Of a DNA stretch of 64,000 nt, positions 31,320-41,254 are shown piece by piece. The translations under genes were made by a program, and so were the position numbers. The notes under the pieces were generated by a model. That model did not search any database. It was not told the DNA's origin and worked only from the letters and a program-made list of their open reading frames with translations. Position 1 is the first letter of the stretch. Each line of letters opens with the position of its first letter. Source of the DNA: Deinococcus sp. (lineage in GTDB: Bacteria; Deinococcota; Deinococci; Deinococcales; Deinococcaceae); NCBI GenBank assembly GCA_965261005.1, contig OZ253375.1, positions 576,001 through 640,000 of the forward strand. Direction: 5' to 3'.

Positions 31320-32890
31320 GACCCTCCCCCGTGTACCCCAAGACTGGGCGCCGCAGCCCCGTGCGCCATCGCGCTCATGATGGCGTCCTGGGTCAGGGCC
31401 TCCCCCGGCAGCTCGGCCACGCTGCGCCCGTCGTCCAGCACCGTCACGCGCCCGGCCCCCTCGGCCAGCTCCTCCAGCTCGCTGGAGATCATCAGCACGC
31501 CCAGCCCCTCGCGCGCCAGCTCGTCGATCAGGGCCTGAATCTCGGCCTTGGCGCCCACGTCGATGCCGCGGGTCGGCTCGTCGAGGATCAGCAGGCGCGG
31601 GTTCAGACACAGCCAGCGGGCCAACAGCACCTTTTGCTGGTTGCCCCCCGATAATTCGCGGATGGGCTGCTCCGGCCCGGCGGTCTTGATGCCCAGCCGC
31701 TGAATAAAGCGCGCCACGATCTCCTGCTGACGGGCGGTATCCACCACGCCCGCCTTCGAGAGGGCCGGCAGCAGCGCCAGGGTCAGGTTCTCGCGCACGC
31801 TCATCTGCGGCACGATGCCCAGGGTCTTGCGGTCCTCGCTGCAAAAGCCGAGGCCCGCCCGGATGGCGTCCCCCGGCGAGCGGAAGTGGACCCGCCGCCC
31901 CCCGAAGCTGACCTCGCCACCGTCCAAATCGTCGGCCCCGAAGATCACCCGCGCCGTCTCGGTTCGCCCCGAGCCGAGCAGCCCGGCCAAGCCCACGATC
32001 TCCCCCTCACGCACCGTCAGGTCCACGCCCCTGAGCGCGTGCCCGCGCCGAAGGTCACGCGCCTCCAACAGCGTATTGCCCGGCTCACGCCCTTCCCGTT
32101 TAAAGGCCGTCTCGCCCCCGGCCAGCTGACCCGGCGCGCGGCCCAGCATCAGCGAGATCAAGTCCAGCTTGCTGACCTCTGACATGGCGCTCTCGGCCAC
32201 GGTGCGGCCGTCGCGCATGACGGTCACGCGGTCGCACACGGCATACAGCTCGTCCAGGCGGTGCGACACGAACAGCACCGAGACGCCCTCGCCGCGCAGC
32301 TGCCGGATCACGCCGAAGAGCGTCTCCACCTCGCGGTCGTCGAGGGAGGAGGTCGGCTCGTCCATGATGACCAGCTGACTTTTGACCGACACCGCCCGCG
32401 CGATGGCGACCATTTGCTGCACCGCCACGCTCAGCCCGGCAAGCGGCTGGGTCACGTCGAGGTGAATGCCAAAGCGCGACAGCAGCTCGCGCGCCCCGGC
32501 GTGCATGGCGCGCCAATCCAGGAAAGGGCCGCGCCGCCTTTCGCGGCCCATGAAGATGTTCTCGGTGACCGAGCGGTAGCCGATCAGGTTCACCTCCTGA
32601 TAGATGGTGCTGATGCCGCCCGCCTGCGCGGCCTGCGGCGACGCGAACGCCACCTCACGCCCACCAAAGGTGACGCTGCCGCCGTCCCTCTTGTAGGCGC
32701 CGGTCAGAATTTTGATCAGGGTACTCTTGCCGGCCCCGTTCTGGCCGATCAGGGCGTGAACCTCGCCGCTTTCCACGCGCAGCGAGGCGCCCTCCAGGGC
32801 CAGCACGCCGGGAAAGCGCTTGATGACGTTCTGCATGTGCAGCAGCGGGGGCGGGTCGGTGGGTAAGGCTGGGCCAGGTACGGTCTGCAC
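31316..32890 (-). CDS. Sugar ABC transporter ATP-binding protein with two ABC domains (YtfR-like)
   Basis: GQNGAGKST, MDEPT, LSGGNQQK, LDEPTRGIDVGAK; GGAGG before GTG 32890. Confidence 0.95.
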   Translation of the reverse strand: MQTVPGPALPTDPPPLLHMQNVIKRFPGVLALEGASLRVESGEVHALIGQNGAGKSTLIKILTGAYKRDGGSVTFGGREVAFASPQAAQAGGISTIYQEVNLIGYRSVTENIFMGRERRRGPFLDWRAMHAGARELLSRFGIHLDVTQPLAGLSVAVQQMVAIARAVSVKSQLVIMDEPTSSLDDREVETLFGVIRQLRGEGVSVLFVSHRLDELYAVCDRVTVMRDGRTVAESAMSEVSKLDLISLMLGRAPGQLAGGETAFKREGREPGNTLLEARDLRRGHALRGVDLTVREGEIVGLAGLLGSGRTETARVIFGADDLDGGEVSFGGRRVHFRSPGDAIRAGLGFCSEDRKTLGIVPQMSVRENLTLALLPALSKAGVVDTARQQEIVARFIQRLGIKTAGPEQPIRELSGGNQQKVLLARWLCLNPRLLILDEPTRGIDVGAKAEIQALIDELAREGLGVLMISSELEELAEGAGRVTVLDDGRSVAELPGEALTQDAIMSAMAHGAAAPSLGVHGGGS

Positions 32891-32993
32891 GTCGCCTCCA
32901 AGAACAAGAGCGAGGAACAAGAGCGGGCGAACGCTCAACCACCGAACGTTCACCGCCGAGAAGCAAAACCCTCAACTGCTGCCCAAATCTGTT

Positions 32994-33034
32994 CACCCCT
33001 CTCCCCTTGCGGGAGAGGGGCCGGGGGTGAGGGG
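32994..33034. repeat. REP-like palindrome between the binding-protein and ATPase genes
   Basis: CCCCTCTCCC-CTTGC-GGGAGAGGGG followed by CCGGGGGTGAGGGG. Confidence 0.65.
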
Positions 33035-33089
33035 GCGGTCAGCAATCTGGAACGCCTCATTCTTCACTTGACGCCGTACTCAGTCCTGC

Positions 33090-34058
33090 TCAGTACGACT
33101 TAGAAAGGTTCTGCTTGGCGTTGGCCCCGTCGTAGAAGTTGTCCTCGATCTTGACCCAGTCGCCGATCTTCTTGCCGGCGGCGTAGTCCTGAAGCGTCTT
33201 GAGGGCGACGGGGCCGAAGCGCGGGTTGGACTCCACCGTGGCGCCCAGCTTGCCGTCGATAATGGCCTGCACGCCGTCCTTTTCGCCGTCGATGGACACC
33301 ACCGTGATGTTCTGGCCGGGCTTCTTGCCGGCCGCATCCAGCGCCGCGATGGCGCCCAAGGCCATCTCGTCGTTGTGGGCGTAGACCGCCGTTGCCTCGG
33401 GGTGGGCTTGCAGCAGGGTCTCCATCACTTGGCGGCCCTTGTCGCGCGCAAAGTCGCCGGACTGCGAGGCCACGATCTTCATGCCCGGGTACTTCTTGAT
33501 CTCGTTGTCAAAGCCGGTCTTGCGGTCGTTGGCCGGGCTGGAGCCGGTGGTGCCCTCCAACTCGATGATGGTCGCCTTGCCATTGGTCTTTTTGGCCAGC
33601 CAGTCGGCGGCGCGCTGGCCCTGCTTGATGAAGTCCGACCCTAAAAAGGTGACGTAGTCCTGCCCGGCCTTGGCGAGGCTGGGGTCCACGCTGCGGTCCA
33701 CCAGGAAGACCGGGATGCCGGCGGCGTTGGCCTGCTTGACCACGGCGGCCAGCGGCTTTTCCTCACGCGGGGCCAGGAAGATGGCGTCCACCTTTTGCGC
33801 GATCATGGACTGCACGTCGCTGACCTGCTTGGCGGCCGAGCCGGCGGCGTCGGTGTAGACGAGTTGGTAGCCGAGCTTTTTGGCCTCGTCGCGAAAGCTC
33901 TTGGTCTCGGCGAGGCGCCAAGGGTTGTTGCTCTCGGTTTGGGCGAAGCCGATCTTGTAGGTCTTCTTTTCCGGCAGCTTGGCCAGTCCCTGGGCGTAGG
34001 CAACCACGGGGGCGACGGCGGCGGCCACCGCCAGCGAGACGATCAGCGCTTTCTTCAT
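33090..34058 (-). CDS. Sugar ABC transporter substrate-binding protein (YtfQ/galactofuranose-binding-like)
   Basis: Signal peptide; IGFAQTESNNPWR, AGIPVFLVDR, YAHNDEMALGA, VSIDG. Confidence 0.92.
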   Translation of the reverse strand: MKKALIVSLAVAAAVAPVVAYAQGLAKLPEKKTYKIGFAQTESNNPWRLAETKSFRDEAKKLGYQLVYTDAAGSAAKQVSDVQSMIAQKVDAIFLAPREEKPLAAVVKQANAAGIPVFLVDRSVDPSLAKAGQDYVTFLGSDFIKQGQRAADWLAKKTNGKATIIELEGTTGSSPANDRKTGFDNEIKKYPGMKIVASQSGDFARDKGRQVMETLLQAHPEATAVYAHNDEMALGAIAALDAAGKKPGQNITVVSIDGEKDGVQAIIDGKLGATVESNPRFGPVALKTLQDYAAGKKIGDWVKIEDNFYDGANAKQNLSKSY

Positions 34059-34213
34059 GTGTTCCCTTTCTCGCGCACGGACTCAGAAAGCCGCGAGCGG
34101 GCGCCAAGTCAATACGGCCTGACGCGTTTGAAACCAAGCTCAACCTTCGATTTTTGCGTTTGTTACGTTTTCAACTGTAGTGGGACCCCGCCGCGAACGC
34201 AATGCGTCAGCAT

Positions 34214-35740
34214 TTACGATTTCTTCATAAATGCGTGCGCCGGCACGCCCTCCGCCGCCTCGTCGAGCAGGTTGAAACGGCCGCGCGCGAAGCGGGTGGG
34301 CGCCGTGCCCAGGGTATCCGTCAGGCTCAGGGGCTTGTCCGGCGCGCTCAACGTCAAGGCCGCGCGCAGTTCGGTCAGCTCGCCCGCACCCAGGCCGCGC
34401 AGCGGGTCGCTGCTGGCGCGCACGCCGCCAATCACGTCCAGCAGGCCGCCGAGGGCGCCGCGCTCGGCGCCGGACAGCAGGCTACCCTCGCGCCGGGCGA
34501 TCACCACGTCGGGGTCGGGGCTGTACCAATACTGTTGATACCAGCGGCTGAGGCTGGTGTGGATAGCGTTGCGCGCACTTGGTCCGGTCGCGTCGCCCAA
34601 CCACACGCGGCGCGCGCCCTCGTCCCAGTAAGGGGCCACGTCCGGGCCGACGCGCATGGCGTCCAGCAAGCCCACGCTTTGCGCCAGGGGCGCCCCGCAA
34701 CCCAGCAAAAAGGCGTTTCCCGCGCCGCGCCGCAAAGCTTGCAGGCCCAAGCGGTACGCCTGGGCGCGGCCCACACCTCCTTGGCGCACCCCCGGCATGG
34801 CCCCCCCAAACAAAAAGTCCAGCTTGAGGTAGTCGTAGCCCCAGGACGTGACCTCGCGCGCCAGTTCGGAAAGCCAGCCCTGCACGTCCGCGCGCGTCGT
34901 GTCAAGGCCGTAATAAGGGCCGCCCCAGTTGTCGCCGCAGTTGACGGGTTCGCCCGACCCATCGCGCAAAAACCACTCGGGATGGTCCCGAAACAGCTGG
35001 CTGCCCCCGCGCGCCACGAAGGGGGCCAGCCAAAGGCCGGCCCGGTAGCCCAGCGCCCTCAGCTCCCCCGGCACGTCGCGGGCGTGGCCCCCAAAGCCCG
35101 GCCTCGCCAGCGTCCAGTCGCCGAGGTCAGCCTGAAAGCCGTCGTCGAGCTGAAACACGTCAAAGGGGAGGTCCAGCTCGCGCGCCGCGCGGGCCTCGTC
35201 CAGAAAGGCTGAGTAGGTGACGCCCCGGTAGTACGAGTACCACGAGCACCACACCCGCAGGGGGGCGGGTTGCAGGGCGTTCATGTGTTGCCCCAGGGCG
35301 GCGGCCAGTTCCTCGATCAGCTGGATGACGTTCTCGCCGTAGGCCAGGCGCACTCTTCCCGGCTCGCCCTCGCAGGCGTACAGCAGGTCCACGTGGTCTC
35401 CCCCGTCGCGCGCTTCCCAACGGGCAAACCCCTGAGAGGCGTCCAGCGCACAGCCGACCCAGCCGGAACCGTCCTCGGCGATGAGGGCGATCAGGGTGTG
35501 GCTGCGCCAGACACCGGCCTCACCACCTTGGTCCGAAGCGGGCGGCCAAGCGACGTCGTGCCCTTGGCGGATCAGCACGTCGAGGGTCGGGCGGGCCTGC
35601 ACATCTGATAAGGGCCGCAGCTCGGCCTCGCTCCAGGATTGGTAGCCGCTGACCAGAACGCGGGCGTTCTGAAGGGGGACGCGCCAGCGGCGCTCGCGGT
35701 CGGTGAAGGTCTGGTCGGGCAGAAGGTCGCTCACGTTCAC
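34214..35740 (-). CDS. Glycoside hydrolase family 36 alpha-galactosidase
   Basis: WCSWY, FQLDDG, GLWLAPF, YLKLDF (nucleophile), MRVGPD (acid/base). Confidence 0.88.
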   Translation of the reverse strand: MNVSDLLPDQTFTDRERRWRVPLQNARVLVSGYQSWSEAELRPLSDVQARPTLDVLIRQGHDVAWPPASDQGGEAGVWRSHTLIALIAEDGSGWVGCALDASQGFARWEARDGGDHVDLLYACEGEPGRVRLAYGENVIQLIEELAAALGQHMNALQPAPLRVWCSWYSYYRGVTYSAFLDEARAARELDLPFDVFQLDDGFQADLGDWTLARPGFGGHARDVPGELRALGYRAGLWLAPFVARGGSQLFRDHPEWFLRDGSGEPVNCGDNWGGPYYGLDTTRADVQGWLSELAREVTSWGYDYLKLDFLFGGAMPGVRQGGVGRAQAYRLGLQALRRGAGNAFLLGCGAPLAQSVGLLDAMRVGPDVAPYWDEGARRVWLGDATGPSARNAIHTSLSRWYQQYWYSPDPDVVIARREGSLLSGAERGALGGLLDVIGGVRASSDPLRGLGAGELTELRAALTLSAPDKPLSLTDTLGTAPTRFARGRFNLLDEAAEGVPAHAFMKKS

Positions 35741-35771
35741 AGGCTATTCCTTTCCCTTCGCAAATTTTTCT

Positions 35772-37685
35772 TCACAACATGCCCCACGACACGCCCGGCA
35801 GCGTGCGGCCGTTCCAGGTCGCCTCCCCCGCGTTCCAGTTTTGCAGCAGGCTCTTATCTCCCCGCCGCGACAGGCGCACCCCCTCCGGCAACGCTTCTGG
35901 ATTCAGGCCGGCCTCGCCGGAAAGGCGCAGCAGCAGCTCCCAGATCAGGCCAGAACTGTGCGCCCCGACTGTCACGACGTTTCCCCGACGCACGGCGGCG
36001 GCCCGGCCCGTCAGCGGCCCGTCCTCATAGGCGACCAGCACCCCGGCGCCGGGTAAGGGTTCGTAGCCCTCGGCCCAGCTCTCGGTGAGGTGGCCGCCCG
36101 CGCGCACGGTCAAACCGGGGCACAGCGACTCGAAGTTGAGCAGGCGCGCCCCAAAGAACTCTTTAAAGTCCCCGAACTGCCCGTTCTCGTGCGTCCGGCC
36201 CGAGACCGTACGGTAAGCCGTGCGCGGGCCGAAGACAAACAAACTATTCTCCGCGTCCCCCCTCAATTTCTCCAGCCGCTTTTCCGGCAGCAGGGTCAGG
36301 GCCGGGGCGACCACCAAGGCGTACCCGCTCAAGTCGGCGTCCGGGTGCAGGATGTCCACGTCCAGGCCCAGCGAGCGCAGCGCGGTGTAGTAGGCGAAGG
36401 TCTGCGCCCAGTAGCTCGGGCCGCCGTGGCGCTGCGCGTCCAGCATCCACAGGCTCTCGTAGTCGTGCAGCAGCGCGACCCCTGCGGGCACCTCGCCCAG
36501 CGCCATCTCCGAGAGACCCAGCGTCTCCACCTCGGCGAAGCCCCGGTCGGGGGTCTCGTCGTGGCGCAGCAGGCCCGAGTGCAGCGCCTCCTGCGCCATG
36601 GTGGCCGCGCGCCAGCGAAAGTAGCTCACCACGTCCGCCCCGTGCGCCCACGCCTGCGCCGTCCACAGCTGCACGGCACCTTCGGCGGGCAAGGGGTTGT
36701 AGGGCGCCCAATTGACGTTGCCACACTGCTGCTCCATTACCCAAAAGCCGCCCCGCTTGAGGCCCCGGTAGAGGTCGTGGTTGAAGCTGATCGCGTCGGG
36801 GTGCCCCGTGCGGGCGTAGCGGGTCCTGGTCGCCTCGTCCGCCCAGGTGCTCATGCTTTCGAGCATGCCGGTCGGGTAGTTGTCCCAACTCGGAAAGTCG
36901 AGCGGCGCCGCCACCCGGTAATGGTCGAAGTCGGCGAAGAAGATCATGAAGTTGTGTGTGATCCACCTTCCCGGCGACAATTCGCGCAGCAGGGCGACCT
37001 GCTCCCCTTGAAACTCGGCGATCATGTCGCTGGCGAAGCGGTAAAAGTCGAGGACGTGCGAGGGGTTCGGCTCGGTCACGGTCAGGTTGGGCGGCCGAAT
37101 CTGGTCCCAAGCGGTGTACGCCATGCTCCAGAAGACGTTGCCCCAAGCGGCGTTCAGGGCGTCCAGCGACCCGTACCTGCGCTCCAGCCAGCCCGGAAAG
37201 GTCGCCGCGCTGGCGCCGCCGTAGGAGCGCGCGGTGTCGTGGCAGCCGAACTCGTTGTCGGTCTGCCAGCCCACCACGCCGGGGTGCTGGCCGTAGCGTT
37301 CCGCCAGAACGCGGGTGATGCGCCGCGAGTGTTCGCGGTAGAGGGGCGAGGCGAAGTCGTAGTGGCGCCTGGAGCCGAACTCGCGCGCCCGGCCCCCCTC
37401 GTCGAAGGGGAGAATCTCGGGGTGTGCCCGGACCAGCCAGGCGGGCGGCGTCGCGGTGGGGGTACACAGGACCACGCCCAGCCCCTCGGCGGCGATCGCT
37501 TCTATGGCCGCGTCGAGCCAGGCCCACTCGTAGCGCCCCTCTTCCGGCTCCATCCGGCTCCAGGCGAACTCGCCGACGCGCACAAAAGAGAGTCCGAGCG
37601 CCTTTTGCTGCTGGGCATACTTGGTCCAGCGGTCCTGGGGCACGTGTTCGGGGTAATCGCAGACGGCCAGTTGCAGGGTGTTCAA
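35772..37685 (-). CDS. Glycoside hydrolase family 42 beta-galactosidase
   Basis: [39 protein letters not shown] start at 37685 with GGAGGT SD (alternative ATG 37703). Confidence 0.95.
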   Translation of the reverse strand: MNTLQLAVCDYPEHVPQDRWTKYAQQQKALGLSFVRVGEFAWSRMEPEEGRYEWAWLDAAIEAIAAEGLGVVLCTPTATPPAWLVRAHPEILPFDEGGRAREFGSRRHYDFASPLYREHSRRITRVLAERYGQHPGVVGWQTDNEFGCHDTARSYGGASAATFPGWLERRYGSLDALNAAWGNVFWSMAYTAWDQIRPPNLTVTEPNPSHVLDFYRFASDMIAEFQGEQVALLRELSPGRWITHNFMIFFADFDHYRVAAPLDFPSWDNYPTGMLESMSTWADEATRTRYARTGHPDAISFNHDLYRGLKRGGFWVMEQQCGNVNWAPYNPLPAEGAVQLWTAQAWAHGADVVSYFRWRAATMAQEALHSGLLRHDETPDRGFAEVETLGLSEMALGEVPAGVALLHDYESLWMLDAQRHGGPSYWAQTFAYYTALRSLGLDVDILHPDADLSGYALVVAPALTLLPEKRLEKLRGDAENSLFVFGPRTAYRTVSGRTHENGQFGDFKEFFGARLLNFESLCPGLTVRAGGHLTESWAEGYEPLPGAGVLVAYEDGPLTGRAAAVRRGNVVTVGAHSSGLIWELLLRLSGEAGLNPEALPEGVRLSRRGDKSLLQNWNAGEATWNGRTLPGVSWGML

Positions 37686-37704
37686 GGTGGACCTCCAAAG
37701 CATT

Positions 37705-37749
37705 GTAGGGGAGGGTTTAAAACCCTCCCCTTTTGAAACCCTCCCCTAC
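37705..37749. repeat. GTAG-type REP element
   Basis: GTAGGGGAGGGTTT ... AAACCCTCCCCTAC 14-bp inverted ends plus an internal third arm. Confidence 0.7.
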
Positions 37750-39272
37750 CGCACGTCGCTGCGGCGCAGGCTGTACGCCACGCCCAGCGCGATCAGGGCG
37801 ACCGGCAGGGTGATCAGACCCCACAAGGCGCCCCGCCCGAGGGCAAAGGCGCTGGCGCTCAGGCCGCCCTGAAAGACCAGGGTGAGGACGCTGTTCAAAA
37901 AGGGCGAGCTTTGCCGGCGGCGAAAGGCGTCGGCGCGGCGCACCGGCAGGGGTTGCCACAGCACCATCAAGGCGGTGCCCCCAGTCGCGAACAGCAGCAG
38001 GGGCAACAGCGGCGCGTGGGCCGTGCCCAGCGTTCCCCGCCAGGTCAACACCGCCAACGCCAGCAGGCCGAGCAACGTCGTCGGAATGACGGCGGCCAGC
38101 CACTTGTCGCGCCGCAAGGCCGCCGGGCTGCGCGGCGCCCCGATCAGCAGGTCAGGGGCGTCCTCGGCGTTGAGGGTCAGGTGGGCCAAGGCGCCAGATA
38201 AGCTGGCGCTCAGCAGCACCACGCCCGTCGCGCCCGCCGCGCGCAGCCCGCCCTGCCCCAGACCGCCGCCCACCGAAAACAGCAGCGGCAGCAGGTACAC
38301 CAGTTGCAGCAGCGTGCGCGACAGCAGCTCCGGGTCGCGCCAGATGAGGCGCCACTCCTTGAGCAGGGTGGCGCGCGTGCCGGAAGCGAAGCGCAGCCCC
38401 CCGCGTGCCGCCCTGACCGGAGCGCGGCCTTCAGCTGCGGCGAGTTCCTGGGCGCCGTAGGTGAACTGCCGGGTCAGCGCCCAGACCGACAGCGCGAAGA
38501 CCAGGATGCCCAGCGCCAGCAGCGCGGCCGTCGGCAGCGGCTCTAACCAAGCCGCCCGCGCCGGAAACCACAGGGGGCTGGCCGCGTCCGGCCAACCGCC
38601 CCGGCCCGGCGCAACCTGAGCAACGTACTCGAAAACCCCCGTGGGACGCCCGCTGAGGTTGCCCCATTGGGTCAGCAGGAAAAAGCCCGCCCCCAGCAGC
38701 GCCCCCACCACCGCCGAGACCGTGCGGGTGCGGCGCACGCCCAGGGCGCGGACCAGCCCGAGGGTGAGCCACAGCCCCGCGCTGGCCGCCAGCAGCGAGG
38801 CGCTCGCCCACCAGCCCAGCAAGCCCAAAGCGCGCCAAGCGCCCAGGACCAGCGCGAGCAACAGCAGCGGCACGATGATCAACGCCGAGGTCAGCGCCGC
38901 CGCAAAGGCCACTCCCAGCGCCCGCGAGGCCAACACCACCCCCGGCGACACGGGTGAGTGCAGCAACAGATCGAGGTCGCCCCTGGTGAACAGCCCCTCC
39001 AGCGCCGCGCGCACCGCCGCCGAGAGCATCAGCGTCAGCAAAAACGCTTGGGCCAGCAGCAGCGGCCCCAGCAGGGCGCTTGGCAGCGGGGCGCTCAGGG
39101 GCACCTTCGCCAGCAGCGGGCGCAGGGCAAAGAAGCCGGCCCCAACGGCGAACACAACCACGGCCAACACGATCCAAATACCGGCGCGCTGCCCCCCCGT
39201 GAGGGCGCGCCATTGCCAAGCCAATTGCTTGTTGAGAAGCCACGGGAGGCTGCCGGGCTGGGAGCCTGTCAA
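37746..39272 (-). CDS. Putative ABC exporter permease
   Basis: Many hydrophobic segments; GDLDLLLHSPV and KEWRLIWRDP internal-repeat motifs; adjacent to an ABC ATPase. Confidence 0.82.
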   Translation of the reverse strand: MTGSQPGSLPWLLNKQLAWQWRALTGGQRAGIWIVLAVVVFAVGAGFFALRPLLAKVPLSAPLPSALLGPLLLAQAFLLTLMLSAAVRAALEGLFTRGDLDLLLHSPVSPGVVLASRALGVAFAAALTSALIIVPLLLLALVLGAWRALGLLGWWASASLLAASAGLWLTLGLVRALGVRRTRTVSAVVGALLGAGFFLLTQWGNLSGRPTGVFEYVAQVAPGRGGWPDAASPLWFPARAAWLEPLPTAALLALGILVFALSVWALTRQFTYGAQELAAAEGRAPVRAARGGLRFASGTRATLLKEWRLIWRDPELLSRTLLQLVYLLPLLFSVGGGLGQGGLRAAGATGVVLLSASLSGALAHLTLNAEDAPDLLIGAPRSPAALRRDKWLAAVIPTTLLGLLALAVLTWRGTLGTAHAPLLPLLLFATGGTALMVLWQPLPVRRADAFRRRQSSPFLNSVLTLVFQGGLSASAFALGRGALWGLITLPVALIALGVAYSLRRSDVR

Positions 39273-39288
39273 GCGAGCGCCCCCGCCT

Positions 39289-40065
39289 TCACAGGTTCGC
39301 GCCCGCCGGCAATTCTTCGGGCGGCGCGCTCAGGCCGGTCAGGGCCAGAAAGGCGTCCTCCAGCGTTCCCGTGCCGGTGCGCACCAGCAGCTCCCCCGGC
39401 GTGCCCTCCGCCACCAAACGGCCCGCCGCGATGATGCCGATGCGCTCGGCCATCCGCTCGGCGACCTCCAGGATGTGGGTGGTCAGCACGACCGCGCCGC
39501 CCCCCTCCACGTAGGCGCGCAGGGCGTCCTTGACTTGCCGGGCCGCCGCCGCGTCGAGGCCGGTCAGCGGCTCGTCCAGCAGCATCAGGCGCGGCGCGTG
39601 AATCAGCGCGCCGGCCAGCGCCAGCTTCTGCCTCATGCCGCGCGAAAAGCCCTCGATTCGCTCGGCGCGGTGGTCCCACAAATGCAGCCATCTCAGCAGC
39701 CGCTCGGCCTCGGGGGCGGCCCGCGTGGCGTCCACGCCCCACAGGCCCGCCACGAACTCCAGGTACTCGGGGGCGCTCAGCTTGCCGTACAGCAGCGGGT
39801 CGTCGGGCAGGTAGGCCAGCAGCTGCTTGGCGCTTTGCGGGGCGTCCTGCACGCCGTGGCCGTAGATCAGCGCCTCGCCGCCGTCCGGGCGGGTCAGGCC
39901 GGCGACCATGCGAATGGCGGTCGTCTTGCCCGCCCCGTTGGGGCCGAGCAGCGCGTACAGCTCCCCCGGCCGCACGCTCAGGCTCAGGCCGGCGACCGCC
40001 AGCCTGCCGCCGAAGCTCTTGCTCAGGTCGCGCAGTTCCAGGGCTGGAACATCTGGGTGGGTCAT
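39289..40065 (-). CDS. ABC transporter ATP-binding protein
   Basis: [30 protein letters not shown]. Confidence 0.93.
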   Translation of the reverse strand: MTHPDVPALELRDLSKSFGGRLAVAGLSLSVRPGELYALLGPNGAGKTTAIRMVAGLTRPDGGEALIYGHGVQDAPQSAKQLLAYLPDDPLLYGKLSAPEYLEFVAGLWGVDATRAAPEAERLLRWLHLWDHRAERIEGFSRGMRQKLALAGALIHAPRLMLLDEPLTGLDAAAARQVKDALRAYVEGGGAVVLTTHILEVAERMAERIGIIAAGRLVAEGTPGELLVRTGTGTLEDAFLALTGLSAPPEELPAGANL

Positions 40066-40139
40066 GCCCCGGTATACGCCGCTGGGGGGTGGGGGGTTGC
40101 CGGGCGGGCCAAGCCTCTGTACATCCAAGCCTCTGTGCA

Positions 40140-40430
40140 TCAGAGCAGCGTTTCATACGGCCGCAATTCGGCCACGGTTTGAACCAGGCCGACACGCTCC
40201 AAGCCGCTCAGCCAGTCACGCGCCGTCATGGGCGGCCGGGTCAGCTTGGCCCTTCGCCGCCTCATCATGTTCAACACGGCCGATTGGTTCGTTTCGAGCA
40301 GTCGGAGAACGAACGCGTCAGGATGCTGCGCCTCGACACCGTAACCCGTGACCAGACAGTCGAGGACCGCCTCGTTCATCAATTGACGGGTACGCTGAAG
40401 CTGCTCCGGGCGAAGATCGGGCCGGTTCCG
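40140..40430 (-). pseudogene. Truncated, internally deleted PIN-domain gene remnant
   Basis: NRPDL..EQL.RTRQLMNEAV.D.LVTGY runs directly into GVEAQHPDAF; no N-terminal PIN Asp motif and no central D..D.HV/T.N..DF block. Confidence 0.6.
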
Positions 40431-40447
40431 ATGACCCCGCGCCCAGC

Positions 40448-41206
40448 TCAAACCGCCGTGACCCTCAGCCCGGCCGCGCGCAACTCGCTCAGCTGCGCCT
40501 CCCCCGCCCCCTTGTCGGTGATCAGCCCGGTAACTTTGGACAAGGGCGCCACCGCCGCCGTAGACACCTGGCCCAGCTTGCGGTGGTCGGCCAGCACGTA
40601 CGTTTCGCGGGCGTGCTCGACCATGCTCCGCTTGATCTCGGCCTCCTCCAGATTCCGGTTGGTCACGCCCGCCGCCAAGTCCACGCCGTTGCAGCCGAGA
40701 AACAGCTTGTCGGCGTGCAGCGAGGAGAGCAGCAGCGCGCCAAAGGGGTTCACCAGCGAGTGTTGCAGCCGCCGCAGGGTGCCGCCCGTGACCACCACCG
40801 TCACACCGGGATGTTTTTCGAGTTCGGCGGCGACGTTGAGGCCCGCCGTGACCACCGTGAGGTGGCGCAGGCCGGCGGGCAGCGAGCGGGCGACCTCGGT
40901 GGCGGTGCTGCCCACGTCCAGAAAGACCGTGTCGCCCTCCCCGATCAGGGAGGCCGCGTATTCGCCGATGCGCCGCTTTTCCAGCGCCAGCTGCTTGCGC
41001 GTCTGCTCCAGCGGCAGCTCCGACCTTTGGGCGAAGGGCCGCACCGCGCCGCCGCGCGTGCGGTGAACCAACCCTTGGCGCTGGAGGGCGGCAAGGTCGC
41101 CGCGAATGGTCACCTTGGAGACGCCCAGCAGCTTGGCAAGCTCGTCCACGCTGACGCGCTCCAGCCGCTCCAATTCGGACAGAATGACCCGCAACCTGGC
41201 TTCGAT
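40448..41206 (-). CDS. DeoR/GlpR (AgaR-like) transcriptional regulator
   Basis: VSVDELAKLLGVSKVTIRGDL, RTRGGA, FLDVGST, LADHRK; start either ATC 41206 or TTG 41194. Confidence 0.93.
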   Translation of the reverse strand: MEARLRVILSELERLERVSVDELAKLLGVSKVTIRGDLAALQRQGLVHRTRGGAVRPFAQRSELPLEQTRKQLALEKRRIGEYAASLIGEGDTVFLDVGSTATEVARSLPAGLRHLTVVTAGLNVAAELEKHPGVTVVVTGGTLRRLQHSLVNPFGALLLSSLHADKLFLGCNGVDLAAGVTNRNLEEAEIKRSMVEHARETYVLADHRKLGQVSTAAVAPLSKVTGLITDKGAGEAQLSELRAAGLRVTAV

Positions 41207-41254
41207 GGCTTCGTCACCTCCTTTCGCAACTTTCGCTTCATCTTAAGCTAGAGC

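Noticed and set aside
32902..32957. Short direct repeats (GAACAAGAGCG twice; CGAACGYTCA twice) as a mini-CRISPR
   Set aside because: Too short, no spacers, no cas genes
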